Of a stretch of DNA of 64,000 nucleotides, positions 39,098 through 51,466 are shown piece by piece; the stretch's first letter is position 1, and every line of letters starts with the position of its first letter. The notes under the pieces were generated by a model. That model was not told the DNA's origin. It saw only the letters and a program-made list of their open reading frames with translations, and did not search any database. Source of the stretch: Peribolospora baueri (lineage: Eukaryota); assembly GCA_029717555.1 (NCBI GenBank), contig JAMDHS010000040.1, positions 1 through 64,000 on the forward strand, read 5' to 3'. A program made the position numbers and the translations under genes.

Positions 39098-39433
39098 CGT
39101 TTCTCGAGAGGAATAGGCGCTCGGAGCGTACACAAAGGGGTACACCGAGAGCAATAGAAGTGATCTACCGCCTAGGAAATAGACGGTCGTAAACGGGGTC
39201 GCGACACGGTGACCGCTACCCTGACGACCAAGGGCGTCAGATCACGTGTGGTCGACGTCGACCTTAATCACCTCTCTCTCCGTCAAGGCTCCCCGATCTC
39301 CTTCCAGAAGGCACTCCACCTTCACGTCCGCATCTCTGGACGTCACCACCGATCATCGCAGTGGAGCTTGATTCCTCGCCCCGGGTGACACTCGCCAACC
39401 CCCTTCGCATCTCGCAGCCAGCAGTCAGTCGCA

Positions 39434-40237
39434 ATGCTCGGCAGGCTCATCCATGTAGGGATCGACCTGATGCTCCTGTCTTGCTGTTTGAGGTAAGCTT
39501 GTCGAAGGCCATCACGTCCCGTATTGCTCATTTGGCCCATTGCAGCGGATTTCTTCGAGGTTCCGTTTGTCTCAACCCTTCAACTCTGACCATGGCCCAC
39601 GTGTCCTCCGCCACTCGCCCGCTCCCTTCCTCTTGCGGCCAACACAAAATCAGCGGCATAAAGCGCAGCACAGGCTTGACGCCCTCGATTGCTAAGATAC
39701 CGAACAAGGACCTGCGGCAGCTCATGCGGATATACTTGGAGGCCGGTGAGTCGCTCGCCGGCTCGCCAATGGACAAGAGGAGGTATTGGAGCAGGGCTGG
39801 AGGGGGGCCGAGAACAGACGAGACAGCTGGAAGGAGCACTGGCGGCTGCTAATTTCCCTATTGGGCGGGGGATCACTGTGAAGACTCGGAGAGAACGTTG
39901 ACTTGAGGCTAGTCGAAAGGAAGAAAATCTGACGCTTTCCGTTGGCTCTTACCGCCTAATGACAATGACGACGGCAACGACGCTCTAGGTGAATGGGTGA
40001 GTAATGATTGTTATGCGCGTGCCGTGTCTGCGATGTCGCTGGCAGTAAAACTACAGTTGTTGACGCTGCGGGCTGGCCCCTGCCCCCAACAGATCATGGA
40101 TTTAAGCGTTGTCGTTCTGGGTCGGAGTTCAAGGTGAGCCTGGCGAAGCTTGAGGCTGGACATCGTCTCGGAACACTCAGGTCATAGGCTGACTCTGTTC
40201 GCTCTCAACGTCTTCCAGCTTCGAGAGAGTTCGATGA
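39434..40237 (+). CDS. small fungal DUF1748-family protein (5 exons)
   Basis: Spliced product MLGRLIHVGIDLMLLSCCLS/GIKRSTGLTPSIAKIPNKDLRQLMRIYLEA/GEW/IMDLSVVVLGRSSS/FERVR* matches the recalled DUF1748 pattern (GIKRSTGL...YLxxGEW). Confidence 0.75.
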
Positions 40238-40639
40238 AAGTGGTCGCCTACACCACAGCAGCACGATGTTGAGCTCCTGTCTTCGAAGCCGCCGTCTTCG
40301 CAGCAGATGTAGAACTCTCCCTTCCTCTTCATTTCCTTCCGGCTGTCAGTTCCTGTACTCTTAGCTTTTCATGATTGGTATCGCACCAGTCACTGATGAA
40401 TCGAGCCTTCCTTCGTCGCCGAAGCGTCATGAGGCCTTGTCAACCACGAGATCAGGATGCCGGCAACCGGCTGTTCAGGGACAGATAGTCTGTTGTGGCA
40501 TGTTTCGTTGCGTGGGCAGACTAATTCGAGCTCACAATCACAATAGCATGTGAGTAGCCTGGACAGGATGCGAACGAATGGAACGGTCGATTGCCTTCGG
40601 CCATTCGAGGTTCGTCACGGACGGGAGAAGGAGAGCCCT

Positions 40640-41144
40640 TCACCAAGTAGCCTTCTTGACTCCGGGCAACTCTCCTGCAAGAGCCTTCAATCGGAACTGA
40701 TACTGTTGACACGACGGAAGGATGAAGGCGCATGGAAATTAGCACTCTCTCTTGACGAGAGCATGGACTTCAACCCCTGCCCTTCCAATCGCCCCACTCA
40801 CCCGGCAAAGCCCGAAATCCGGCAGGACGCCCCTTCCCCTACCCGTCTCAATGCACCGATCCTTGACGGCAATTGGCCTCGCCGCGCGCGGGAAAGAGTT
40901 GAGCTGGAGCTGTGCCTGGTGACGCACCTTTGCGGGCAGCGTGGTGTTTCTAGCGATGTAGAGGTAGGAACGTCGGAGGAGCTCGGTGGAGGCGACCGTC
41001 TTGCGCGCCGCGGCGTCGCGCCTGCAAAGTCCGAGGTGCGGGCAAGACAGAAATCAGATGCTGCAAAACTGGAAAGAGTACATTCCGAGGAGATGCGTCT
41101 CCGGACGGGCTGACTCACAGGACTCGAGCGTTGAACTTGGGCAT
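40640..41144 (-). CDS. MRP2: mitochondrial ribosomal protein S14 (uS14m), 3 exons
   Basis: MPKFNARVL/RDAAARK...VKDRCIETGRGRGVLPDFGLCR/YQFRLKALAGELPGVKKATW*, with canonical introns. Confidence 0.92.
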
Positions 41145-41366
41145 CTTGGCTTGTCCGGGCTCAAGACGTGGCGACGGACAGACTGACGAGCGACGAGTTC
41201 AGTCTGGTCGCTATCGGGTTTTTGGACTGCGGCACGGGCCGCCGCTTGTGCAATGAGTTTGCCGGCACCCATCTCTTTAAGTGAAAGGTTCGCGTTGTAC
41301 AAAACGCCGCAGCGATTGGTCATGTTATCCTTACCTATGCACAGCCTCACACGATCACCAACAGCG

Positions 41367-41464
41367 GCTTTCTTGGCGCAGTTGGTTAGCGCGCAGGTCT
41401 CATAATATGAGGGTGCAAAGCACCTGCGATCCTGAGGTCGTGAGTTCGAGCCTCACAGAGAGCA
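41367..41464 (+). tRNA. tRNA-Met(CAT), elongator type, 24-nt intron (41405-41428)
   Basis: Acceptor stem GCTTTCT/AGAGAGC, A box TGGCGCAGTTGG, anticodon CAT, B box GTTCGAGCC, downstream oligo-T terminator. Confidence 0.95.
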
Positions 41465-41541
41465 TCTTTTTTTTTTTACAAAATCTTTTACTGTTTTTAA
41501 ATTTGTTACTGCGGCACGTCGTCTGTGTCACCTGACTTTTA

Positions 41542-41642
41542 GCTTTCTTGGCGCAGTTGGTTAGCGCGCAGGTCTCATATTATTATGAGGGTGCTTTGCA
41601 CCTGTGATCCTGAGGTCGTGAGTTCGAGCCTCACAGAGAGCA
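41542..41642 (+). tRNA. tRNA-Met(CAT), second tandem copy, 27-nt intron (41580-41606)
   Basis: Mature sequence identical to the first copy, intron differs, followed by TTTT. Confidence 0.95.
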
Positions 41643-41823
41643 TACTTTTGCACGGCGCGGCTGCTCTTATGTGTCGCTCTAACGAATGTAGTGGTCTCGC
41701 GGGCTCAGCACGAATTGGCCTGCACTTCACACTCGACGATCGGCTCTCCTAAGCTCCCAGAAGCCGTCGCTTGGTCTTCTTCGGATACCAGCTTCTACCC
41801 TCGATTTCCGTTCCCTGCTCGGC

Positions 41824-43295
41824 ATGTCCGCAACCTTGATGGAAACGTCCCGTCCCGAGGATGGCAAAGTCCGACTGGCCCTTCTCGGCGCAGGTGCGTA
41901 GCTGAGCGGCGGCTGAGAGAGGGGCTTCTCGCTCAGAACTTGCTTGCCGCTCTCCAGCGCTTTGACGATGACCTGAGGTTGGCCGGTGATGGGCAGACAG
42001 ACGAGGACGGCGTCGATGTCTTTGCGGGAGAGAAGTTCGTCGACGTCGCTCCGGGAGTCTCATCCGAGTATGCCTCGATAGAGGGATGAGAAGCGGAAAG
42101 GGCGGACGAGGAGCGGTCGAGGTTGACCGTCTTGGAGGAACGGGAATAGACCGCGACCAGTTGAACCTTACGGGCGAGGGCGACGACGGAGGGGAGTGTG
42201 CCGGCAAGCAGAAAGAAGGACGGGAGCAGGTTCAGCGAGTGTGACCTGGGTCATGGCCGCCAGCGATCGGGCCCTGCAAAGGTCGAGCGAGCAACTTCAC
42301 CATTGGCGGCAAAGATCCTGTCATCAAGAAGCAAGACAAGGGAGAATGCGTACCGTGGCTCAATATCCAAAATCTACGAAGTCTCGCTCGCCGCTCGCAG
42401 GACAGTCCTTCAAAGGCTCCTTGAAGGCTCACCCTTGACGTGGTTCAGCCATATGCCAGTCGTCACAGTTATACACGAATTCCGTGCGGGACTCGTCAGC
42501 CCCGAACACGACGGGATTTCGAGCCAAAGGGCCTCAAATGGCAAGTGGCGGAGCAGTACCGGCACGAGACAGCCGTGCTCGAGGCGTCCAAGCTCGTGCG
42601 CATCGGCGGCATCGGTCGAGTGGCCTTTTTCTTCGTCAGCCAGCTCGGCTACATCACACCCCCGGAGGAAGCGCACAACGCCTATCTCGAGACGGAGTGG
42701 CAGAAGAATCATGTTCATCAGGGAGGTTTTCTTCTCGACGGAGGCGTTCACCCGGCTTCTTGGCATATGTCCATCCTGCCGCAACCGGCGAACAAGGTCG
42801 TCTCTTTGAGCGCCCACTCCATCCTCATCCAACCTCATCTCTTTCCCGTAGACACTCTCATGTCGACGATGAAAACGCAGGACGGCGCGGTGGGGCGCTT
42901 CGAGATGTCGTTCTCGTGTAAGGAAGGATGCGGCGAGGCGGTGCAACGAGATCTTTGTGCAGGGATCCGAGGGCTCCATCACGCTGAGCGTCAAGGTGTC
43001 GGACGAGAAGAACGATGCTAAGCGTAAGTGGGACCTCGCTCACTCCGTTCACGGCGGCGGCGGGAACAAAAAGAGCTACGTGGGCGACGGCCTCGAGCTC
43101 GAGGTGGAGCGCTTCGTCGACTCGATCCGCTACGACGTCTGGGGCATCCCTGACGCGAAGGAGCGCGCTGCCGGGGTCCGCCTGGGACACTCTCGCGAGG
43201 CGATCCGAGACCTCGTCCTTCTCGAGGCCATACTCAATAGTGCGCAGGCGGAAGGGAAGAGTGTTTGCTTGGACGACCTTTATTCGGACTTTTGA
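41824..43295 (+). pseudogene. Gfo/Idh/MocA-family oxidoreductase with inverted internal segment and frameshifts
   Basis: Plus strand: MSATLMETSRPEDGKVRLALLGAG|GT. Minus strand 42320-41911: IFAAN, LPSVVALARKVQLVAVYSRS, DVDELLSRKDIDAVLVCLPI...GKQVLSEKPL. Plus strand again: PKGLKWQVAEQYRHE...QGGFLLDGGVH... Confidence 0.85.
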
Positions 43296-43756
43296 TAGTC
43301 TGTCTGTCTGTCTGTCTGCCGTGTCCGTCCTGGAAGCGTCGCACTGGACAGCCAGCCTGTACAGTAGCCAGTCCTCGTGGCCTACTTGTACGAACTAGAC
43401 TACCCTTTGCATTCGGGACGTCTCTCCTCTGCGGAGGCTTGTCGGACCGGACTGGCCGGAGAGGGACTTAACGTACTTACTGGCTTGGATATGTCGGCGA
43501 CCTGACTGGACTGGCCGGCCGGAAGAAAGTGAAATTGGTCGGACCGTCTTCCCCGCCGCAACGCAACGACCCCGCACGCTAGCCGAGATCGGCGAGGCGA
43601 GCGGTCAAGGTACATACATAACTTGGACGACAAACGCAACGAGGCACGCCGCTCTCGCTCCCTTTAAACCACCACGTCTCCTCGTCTCCGTTAGAAAGGT
43701 CGCACACCACCTCTTGTACTTCAGTCTGCCGCGCCGTCGCTCACACATAACCCAAG

Positions 43757-46700
43757 ATGGCACTCGGAGAAGTCGACATGTGAGTCCTGGACCATGCCAT
43801 CCTAGGTCGCCCCCCTTCCTAAGGCGCCCCCTCACCAGAGCTCGTGCGTGATCCTCTTCTCGTCCCTAGCAAGTCTACCACGCCCAGCAACGCTGCCAGC
43901 GCCGCCCCGCAGGGGGACGGCGCGGTGCTAAACAAATTCAGCCGCACCATCACGCAGGCTCAGAACCGAGGCGGCGCACAGGCTATGCGTGAGTCTGGTC
44001 TCGGCCGTTCTCTGCTGTAGGCGACAGGCGGTGGTGGAGACGCTCTCGAAGTGCGATCTTTGAGATGATGCGCTCACGGTTGCTTGAACCCTTTCTGCTG
44101 TCTCACGCTCGCAGTTCATGCTTGTGGTCTTTCGGAGGAGGACCTGACCAAGGTGAGCCTCCGCTCGGCGGTGCTCTGTGGAATCGGCCTCAGCCTTCAG
44201 AAGGCGGGGTCATAGACACTTTAGCTTTCTCGTCTCCTTTCAGCCTCAAGTCGGAATCTCTTCGGTTTGGTGGGAGGGAAACCCATGGTAGGTTGTACGT
44301 TCGTGCGCTCACACTTGACATAAGGTGCTAACCGCCGTCCTTGGCTTAGCAATGTCCACCTGCTCGATCTGGCCAAGAAAGTTAAGGAAGGTTGCGCCGC
44401 TCAGGGCCTCGTTGGACTTCAGTTCAGTGAGTTATCAGGTTTGGCCATGGGTCGTCCTTGCAGCAAGACGCGCGAACATCTTCTGACAAGCCGTGCACAT
44501 CATCTTGGGCCCCCCGTTTCAGATACTATCGGCATTTCGTGAGTCTTTACACCCTTTCTTTCCGTAGTCAGGCAAAGACGGCCGTCTACTGAAGGACGGC
44601 AACATTGAGTTATGCGATCTCCTCCAATAATTCCTCTCTTCTAGCGATGCCATCACCATGGGCTCGGACGGAATGAGATACTCTCTTCCCTCGCGCGACC
44701 TCATTGCTGATTCTATCGAGGCGGTCACCATGGCACAGTGCTACGATGGAAAGTGAGCTACCGAAATGCAAAGGCTCACGATCGGTCATTCCGGCTCTTG
44801 TCTAGCTGCTGCTCATTTCCTTCGGTTTTCTTCATTGCCCGAACAGCATCTCCATCCCCGGCTGTGATAAGAACATGCCCGGTAAGACTCACAACGCCGC
44901 TCGTCAACGCTTGCTCGCCATGCTCATTGTTCGAGATTGCTTTGCTTCAAGGGTGCATGATGGCCGCCGCTCGCCATAACAGGCCCACCATCATTGTCTA
45001 TGGTGAGCGCGAGGGCGTCATCCGCTACGGGAGCCGGCTAGCCACATCTGAGTCCTTCTCTTCCTGATGATATTCAAGGCGGCACGATCCAGCCTGGCGT
45101 ACTGAGCATGGACAGTCCCGGTTTGAAGAAGAAGAAAGGAGATATGGTCAACATTGTAAGCGGTTTGACAGCGGCGTTTGTATCGCTTTCAGTAGCCTCA
45201 GTTTGCTTCTTCGCCATCCGCCCCTCAGGCCGACAACTATGAAGCTTACGGTGCCTTCCTGTCCAAGAAGATCACGAATGAGGAGCGAGTGGACGTAATC
45301 CGCCGTTCTTGCCCCGGTCCGGGCGGTGGGTGTGCTTCTTTTTCTCGTACGTCCTGTCTCTCACTGACTTGGCCAACGTGAAATTCCCCACAGCTTGTGG
45401 AGGGATGTACACGGCGAACACGATGAGCTCCTGCATCGAGGCCATGGGCATGTCGCTTCCGCTGTCTTCGTCGACCCCTGCCGTCTACCCTGAGAAGACG
45501 CAAGAATGCCTGCGTGCGGGTGCGTACATGAAGACGCTGCTCGCCCGCGACATCAAGCCACGAGACATCATGACGCGCAAGGCGTTTGAGAACGCCATCG
45601 CCCTCACTCACGCTTTGGGAGGCTCCACCAACTCGGTCCTCCACCTCCTCGCGATTGCCAAAGCGGCGGACGTGGAGCTGAGCGTGGACGACTTTCAGAA
45701 GATCGGTGACCGCACGCCGTACCTCGCCGATCTTAAACCGAGCGGCAAGTACATGATGGAAGATTTGCACAAGATCGGAGGTGTGCCCGCCGTTCTCAAG
45801 TATTTGATCGAGAATACCGATCTCATTCATGGAGACATCATGACCGTCACGGGCAAGACGGTGAGCTGCGCCTGGCCGTTGTAGAGCCTTTCACCCTGCC
45901 TAAAGCTGAACCTCTCTCTTTCTGTGTTTGGCCACTGCTTTGCAGTTGGCAGAGAACGTCGCGGACGCGCCGTCTCTGGACTTTACTGAACAGGACATTG
46001 TCCGTCCCTTGAGCAACCCTCTTAAGCCAACCGGGCATCTCACGAGTGAGTGGGCGCCGATCGGATGCGAGCCCACCAGGTTGTCGGGTCACCTCTCACT
46101 TTTTTTTCCCGTTTTGCGCTGCAGTCCTTAGAGGCAACTTGGCGCCGGGAGGCAGCGTGGGCAAGCTAACGGGCAAGGAGGGACTGTACTTTGAAGGCGA
46201 GGCGCTCGTCTTCGACACGGAGAACGGCATTTACGATGCCATTGCCGAGAATAGGGTCAAGTCTGGTACAATTATCGTCATCCGATACCAGGGCCCTAAG
46301 GGAGCGCCTGGCATGCCCGAGATGCTCGGTCCTACGGCTGCTATCATGGGCGCCGGTAGGTAGTCACCGGTGTCATGTAGGCGCTCCTCTTTCGTTCCTC
46401 ATCTCTTGCCTATATCCTTCAGGTCTCGGATCCACCACTGCCCTCATCACGGACGGTCGCTTCAGCGGCGCCTCTCACGGCTTCTCCATCGGTCAGTTTT
46501 GATTTTGGAAGCCCTGAGCGGTCAAAAAGAAGGGGGGAAGTATGGGCATCCAACACTGACGTGATCATTTGCCCCGTTTCCGTAGGTCACGTCGTGCCCG
46601 AAGCGATCGCTGGAGGTCCGATTGCCCTCGTCGAGGATGGGGACCGGTGAGAAGAGGGACGATGAGGCTCTAGTCGCGCTGAACACGCACGCGCTCACGC

Positions 46701-46925
46701 AGACAAATGCATCTCTCCATCCTCATCGCCTTCTCCAATAGCATCACCATCTCTTCTGAGAAGAAGACCATCGAATTGATGGTAGACGAGGCTACTCTCG
46801 AGGCTCGGAAGAAGGCCTGGGAAGCGGACCCGAGCAAGAGAGCCCTCAAAGTCAATCGCGGCATCCTCCACAGATATGCCAGAGACGTCTGGGACGCTTC
46901 TCATGGCGCTGTGACCGACTTCTGA
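43757..46925 (+). CDS. ILV3: dihydroxy-acid dehydratase (about 16 introns)
   Basis: [90 protein letters not shown]. Confidence 0.95.
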
Positions 46926-47569
46926 GGGGGCTTTTGTCCGTTCGATGACCACGATACCGCGCAACTCTGTGTTTTGTAAAGATCAAGTTTGTCTCGGGTC
47001 ATGTTGACTACGGCGGCTGGGGTCTGTAAGACCCCTGATAGAGGCTGGAGGCGGATACTGCGAGCTTGTTCGGAACACGACGCTTTGGAGTGACGGCGGG
47101 CGTCGTAGAGTGAGAGCGAGCGACACGAACGTACGAAGGATTCGCGCATACCACCGATTTATACCTTTTTCGTGGCCGATGTCCAAGAGTCTGCCGGCTT
47201 GTAGCCGGGGCATACGTTCCGCACAGCGACCTCACGCCGATACTGGGGAGGACGTTTGTTTCGTCTGGTCTTGACTCACCACCATTGGCTCGCGTGCCGG
47301 CCCTTCGAGCAGCATCGATTCTCGCGAGCAAAAATCTGCCTATCCACAAGGCGTGCGTGCGTCTGCATTACGTGGATCGTAGGACGCATGTCGCTTGTCG
47401 TCTCTCAGCTAGGCCAAAATTCCGGATTCGATCGGTCACACACTATAGAAACCGCCCGCCGCAACCCATGGTGCACATATGATATGCAACAAACCTAAAC
47501 CGGGAGCACCACTATATCGTACACGTCGATGAAGAGAAAGGACATGAGAACGAAACCGGACATGTCCGT

Positions 47570-48664
47570 TCAGTAATATGCGACTGTGTGAAGGAGCGGA
47601 TGAGGATGTCGTTCCTGATGACGCTCGAGGATATCACCAATGTCCTCGTCCAGGTCCTTGCTCTCCTCGATGGCCTGTGCGAGCTCGAGGATAGCCTTGC
47701 CAGCGAGGAGGGCTTCCTCGTGGCTGTCTTTGATGTCCACATTTATTACGTGCACCGGTCGATTGAGCTCGCCCGAACGGGAGAGGAGATCTGAACAACA
47801 AGACGGCGTCTGGGCGTGAGAAGGCACGACTTTATCGAGCGCTGACCTCCCCGGACTTTCGACTGCAGACTGAATGCACAGCTCACCATCGCAGACGGCA
47901 TCAAAACATCGCTCCTCGCAGGTGATGACCACGTCCGCGACATTGTGGCTCTCGTGCCATTTCTCAGGCGCCAACTTCAATCGTCGGTTTCGATCCAGCA
48001 TCGAGAGAAGGCCGTTGGCGGTGTACCTGTTGAGAAAGAGGGTTGTGAACACGCAGTAAACGTGATTGGACGTGGCCCATATGTCAGCGGGCGCATGAGT
48101 CGTGATTGCTGGAGTCAACGACTCACAATCTCGGATCTTTGCCCTTCAGGTCATTGTACATGTCGTTATAAGGAGTTCCGAAGGCGTAAATGTTTGGTCG
48201 GTCAATTGTGGCCCCTGGCAAGCGGACCGCTGATCCCGTGCCAGATGAGACGACCTTGAAACCAGCGTGACTGTAAAACGGCACGGAGATATTGGGGTCA
48301 GATGCGGGAGGCCGTTCACCTAAGATCATGCGCAAAAGGACGTTTTAAATCACTTACGCCAGCACGTTGTGAGCCTCCATTGAGCGGTTCTAGTCCGGGC
48401 GCGGATGGAGCGAGCCCGTGTCAGATCTAAGGAAGCACAAGCGGCACTTCTAAATCCTCCCCGGTGGCCACAAAAACTCACCTGGTTACTGGCACACACT
48501 ACGCAGAACAGGCGGCGCATGTTGGCTGACGGATTCATGAGCACAGGTCCAGTATATTCTTGGGCTTCGCCGGTCGCGCCGTCCTTCCCTTCCCCGGAGG
48601 CAATGGGAGCCATCGAAGGGATGCGAGTGGCGAGCGTAGCGTCAAAGTCCGTTTCCGCGGACAT
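47570..48664 (-). CDS. SSU72: RNA polymerase II CTD phosphatase
   Basis: [59 protein letters not shown]. Confidence 0.95.
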
Positions 48665-49232
48665 GGTTGCTGAAAAGCTGCAGACCCCGTTTTGACCGAG
48701 GAGAAAGGCAAGGAGAATTTGGATGATTGAGATCAGCTCGCTGTCCGGACGACGAATAACGAAACACCCAAATGCCGAGACCACTCGGAAAAGAACGACG
48801 ACGATCAAGCCTCAGCAGTATCTGTAACGCATTGTATGTCACCACGAGACGCGGTCCCCCCCGCACAGCTCAGAACACGCCACCCGAGCACTCAGAGCGC
48901 ACCGGGCGTGGTTCTTGCGCTCGAGCGGCTCCGTCTAAACGCAAAAGAGGAGGAACGTCGAGTATGACCGCGTATCCACGAAGTGCGTATTGCTTCGTCC
49001 TCGACTGACCAACCCTCACTCTTCTCTGCCTCCCCGGGGTCCTCTAGCAAACATCTGGAACAGCGACCAGAGCACTCACCCACAGATCTACGCGCCGAGT
49101 GCCCGCGATGGACGAGGACGATGGTCGGTGGGAGCAGCGATGTCCTTGCGTATGATCGGCCGGCCAATTGGTTATGCCGCAGCCGAGAAGATGGAGACAA
49201 GTCCCGGCCGCAGCTGGAAGCCGACAACGACT

Positions 49233-49239
49233 TGACTCA
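49233..49239 (+). promoter_or_regulatory. putative Gcn4/CpcA element TGACTCA
   Basis: Consensus heptamer about 80 bp upstream of the HOM2 start codon. Confidence 0.4.
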
Positions 49240-49316
49240 CTTCATCTCGCTTACCTCCCATCTCCTTACTTTCGCTCGCTTTGTTCTCCTCCAAAGAAAA
49301 AAAAAGATCGCAGGCT

Positions 49317-50885
49317 ATGGCTCTCTCCTCTCAAAACAAGCTCAAGGTCGGTGTTCTCGGCGCCACCGGTGAGTCGCGGAGCTGCGCGTCGCTCGTTTCA
49401 TCTGCCAGCGTCAGGAATTTTCGATCGGACTAGCGGTGGTCTCGATGGGTCGTAGGGGCATAGGAGGCGCCTTCCGTCTTTCAAATTGGCTGTATGTGGC
49501 CGATATCCGAGTTTCGACGGCCTCTGTGATGCAGCCTCCGCTTAGGAGAGGACTTGAAGCTGAATTCTTGCCCACCTTCTCTCACCTGACCTGCAAAGGG
49601 ACCGTCGGCCAGCGCTTTATCCTCCAGCTCTCCTCTCATCCCCAATTCGAGCTGCACGCCCTTGGTGCGTCAAGAAACTCAGCCAACAAGCCATACAAGC
49701 AGGCTGTGGTCGGTCGATGGAAGCAGACCAAGCCGATTCCGGACAACGTCAAGGACATGGTCGTAACAGAGTGCAGGCCGGACGAGAAAGGTTGGAAGGA
49801 ATGTGAGGTGGTGTTCAGCGGTTTGGACTCGGACGTCGCCGGGGATGTCGGTGAGTGGACGACAAGAGAGCATCTCGATTTACCGCCGGAAGGCTTAACT
49901 GACGGCCTATCTTGCGATGTCTCTTGACTTTCCGCTCGTCACCCTCACCACTTTTTTCGTTTTCATAACGACGGACAGAGGCCGCCTTCCGCGACGCCGA
50001 CTTGCGCGTGTTTTCCAATGCCAAGAACTACCGACAACATCCTCTTGTCCCTCTGGTGGTCCCGCTGGTCAACTCCTCTCACCTGGACATCATCCCACAC
50101 CAGCGGGCCTCCTTCAAGCCCGGCTCGATTTCGAAGGGCTACATCATCACCAACGCGAACTGCTCGACCACTGGTCTCGTCGTTCCTCTCAAGGCGCTAG
50201 AGGAAGCTTTCGGTCCGCTCGACAAGGTCATCGTACAGACCATGCAAGCCATCTCTGGAGGGGGGTACCCTGGCGTGAGCTCCTTGGACATCCACGACAA
50301 CGTGGTGCCATACATCAGTGGCGAGGAGGAGAAGATGGAGTGGGAAGCGGCCAAGATCCTTGGGGGCATTGCCGACGACAAGAAGAGCTTCGACTTGCAC
50401 TCCCACTCCCCGCTCAAGGTCTCTGCCTCCTGCAACCGCGTGCCAGTTTTGGACGGACACTTGGAGTGCGTCAGCGTGAGCTTCGCCAAGAGGCCTCCAC
50501 CGAGCCCAGAGCAGGTGCGCGAAGCAATGGCGAAGTTTGTCAGCGAGCCACAGAGGCTCGGGTGCCACTCTGCGCCGCGTGTTGCCATCACTCTTCACGA
50601 CGAGCCGGACCGGCCTCAGCCGCGGTTGGACAGGGATTGGCAAGAAGGCGCCGGTGTGAATGTGGGCAGGATCCGGGAATGCGGCGTGCTCGACATCAAG
50701 GTGCGTTCCCGTGTTCTCTAGCGCGCGTCCGGCCGTCGCCCTCCTCCGTCCCTCTCACATCTCTCGTTCTTCTTTGCCTCCCACGTGTCCAGTTCGTTGT
50801 CCTCGTCAACAACGTCATGCTGGGAGCGGCGACAAGCTCTGTCATGAACGCTGAGATTGCTCTCGCCAAGGGCTACTTGTCTTAA
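49317..50885 (+). CDS. HOM2: aspartate-semialdehyde dehydrogenase
   Basis: KVGVLGATG-TVGQRF, FSNAKNYR, ITNANCSTTG, MQAISGGGYPG, CNRVPVLDGH, RPQPRLDRD. Confidence 0.96.
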
Positions 50886-51466
50886 GGAATGGCATGTTGG
50901 AGTCGGCCCTAGTGGCCCAGAAAGAAGAATGCGTGTCGGGAACGATCCGTAGAAATAGAATCGACCTGGGCGTCCCCGCTTGGTTTCGTTCTCTCCGGAC
51001 GGAGGAAAGTGCATGTGTCTTTATCCGTCGGGCTCGTTCCATTCCAAATGAGCAGCAGGTCGAGTGGAGGTATTCTATTCCATCGAAAGGGCGGGCCCGC
51101 TCATGCTCATGACGTCGCACGTTGCCGGCGCGTCCGCTCGCTGCTCGGTTCGGCCGGCCGATCAGATCACGTCTGCAGCCGTCGTCGTCGTTCGTGCTCG
51201 GCCGTCGGCTCCTCCATCCGTACACGTTACGTACACCGCCGAGGAAAACTGAAGAAGACGAAGGAAGGGATTTCTGGTCTCAGCATTCGCTTCCTTCTCA
51301 CTCCCCATCTCGTCTCTTCTTGTTGCCTCCCCGCTTCGAAACACCAACACCCCTCTTCCCGCCCCGCTCGCCGACGACTCTTGTTTGCTCTTGCTCTTGC
51401 CCTGCACGTTCGTCGACCTCGCTTTCTCCTCACGACCTTCGATAACCACAGACCCAAACTGTGACG

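Noticed and set aside
43757..46925. ILV3 as a self-resistance gene of a biosynthetic cluster
   Set aside because: No terpene cyclase, PKS, NRPS or P450 seen in the window.
13818..50885. Cryptic peroxisomal targeting by TGA-CTA readthrough
   Set aside because: The stop contexts checked (NAD-binding protein, hydroxyacid dehydrogenase, CAB2, SDR, ILV3, HOM2) lack the TGA CTA motif.
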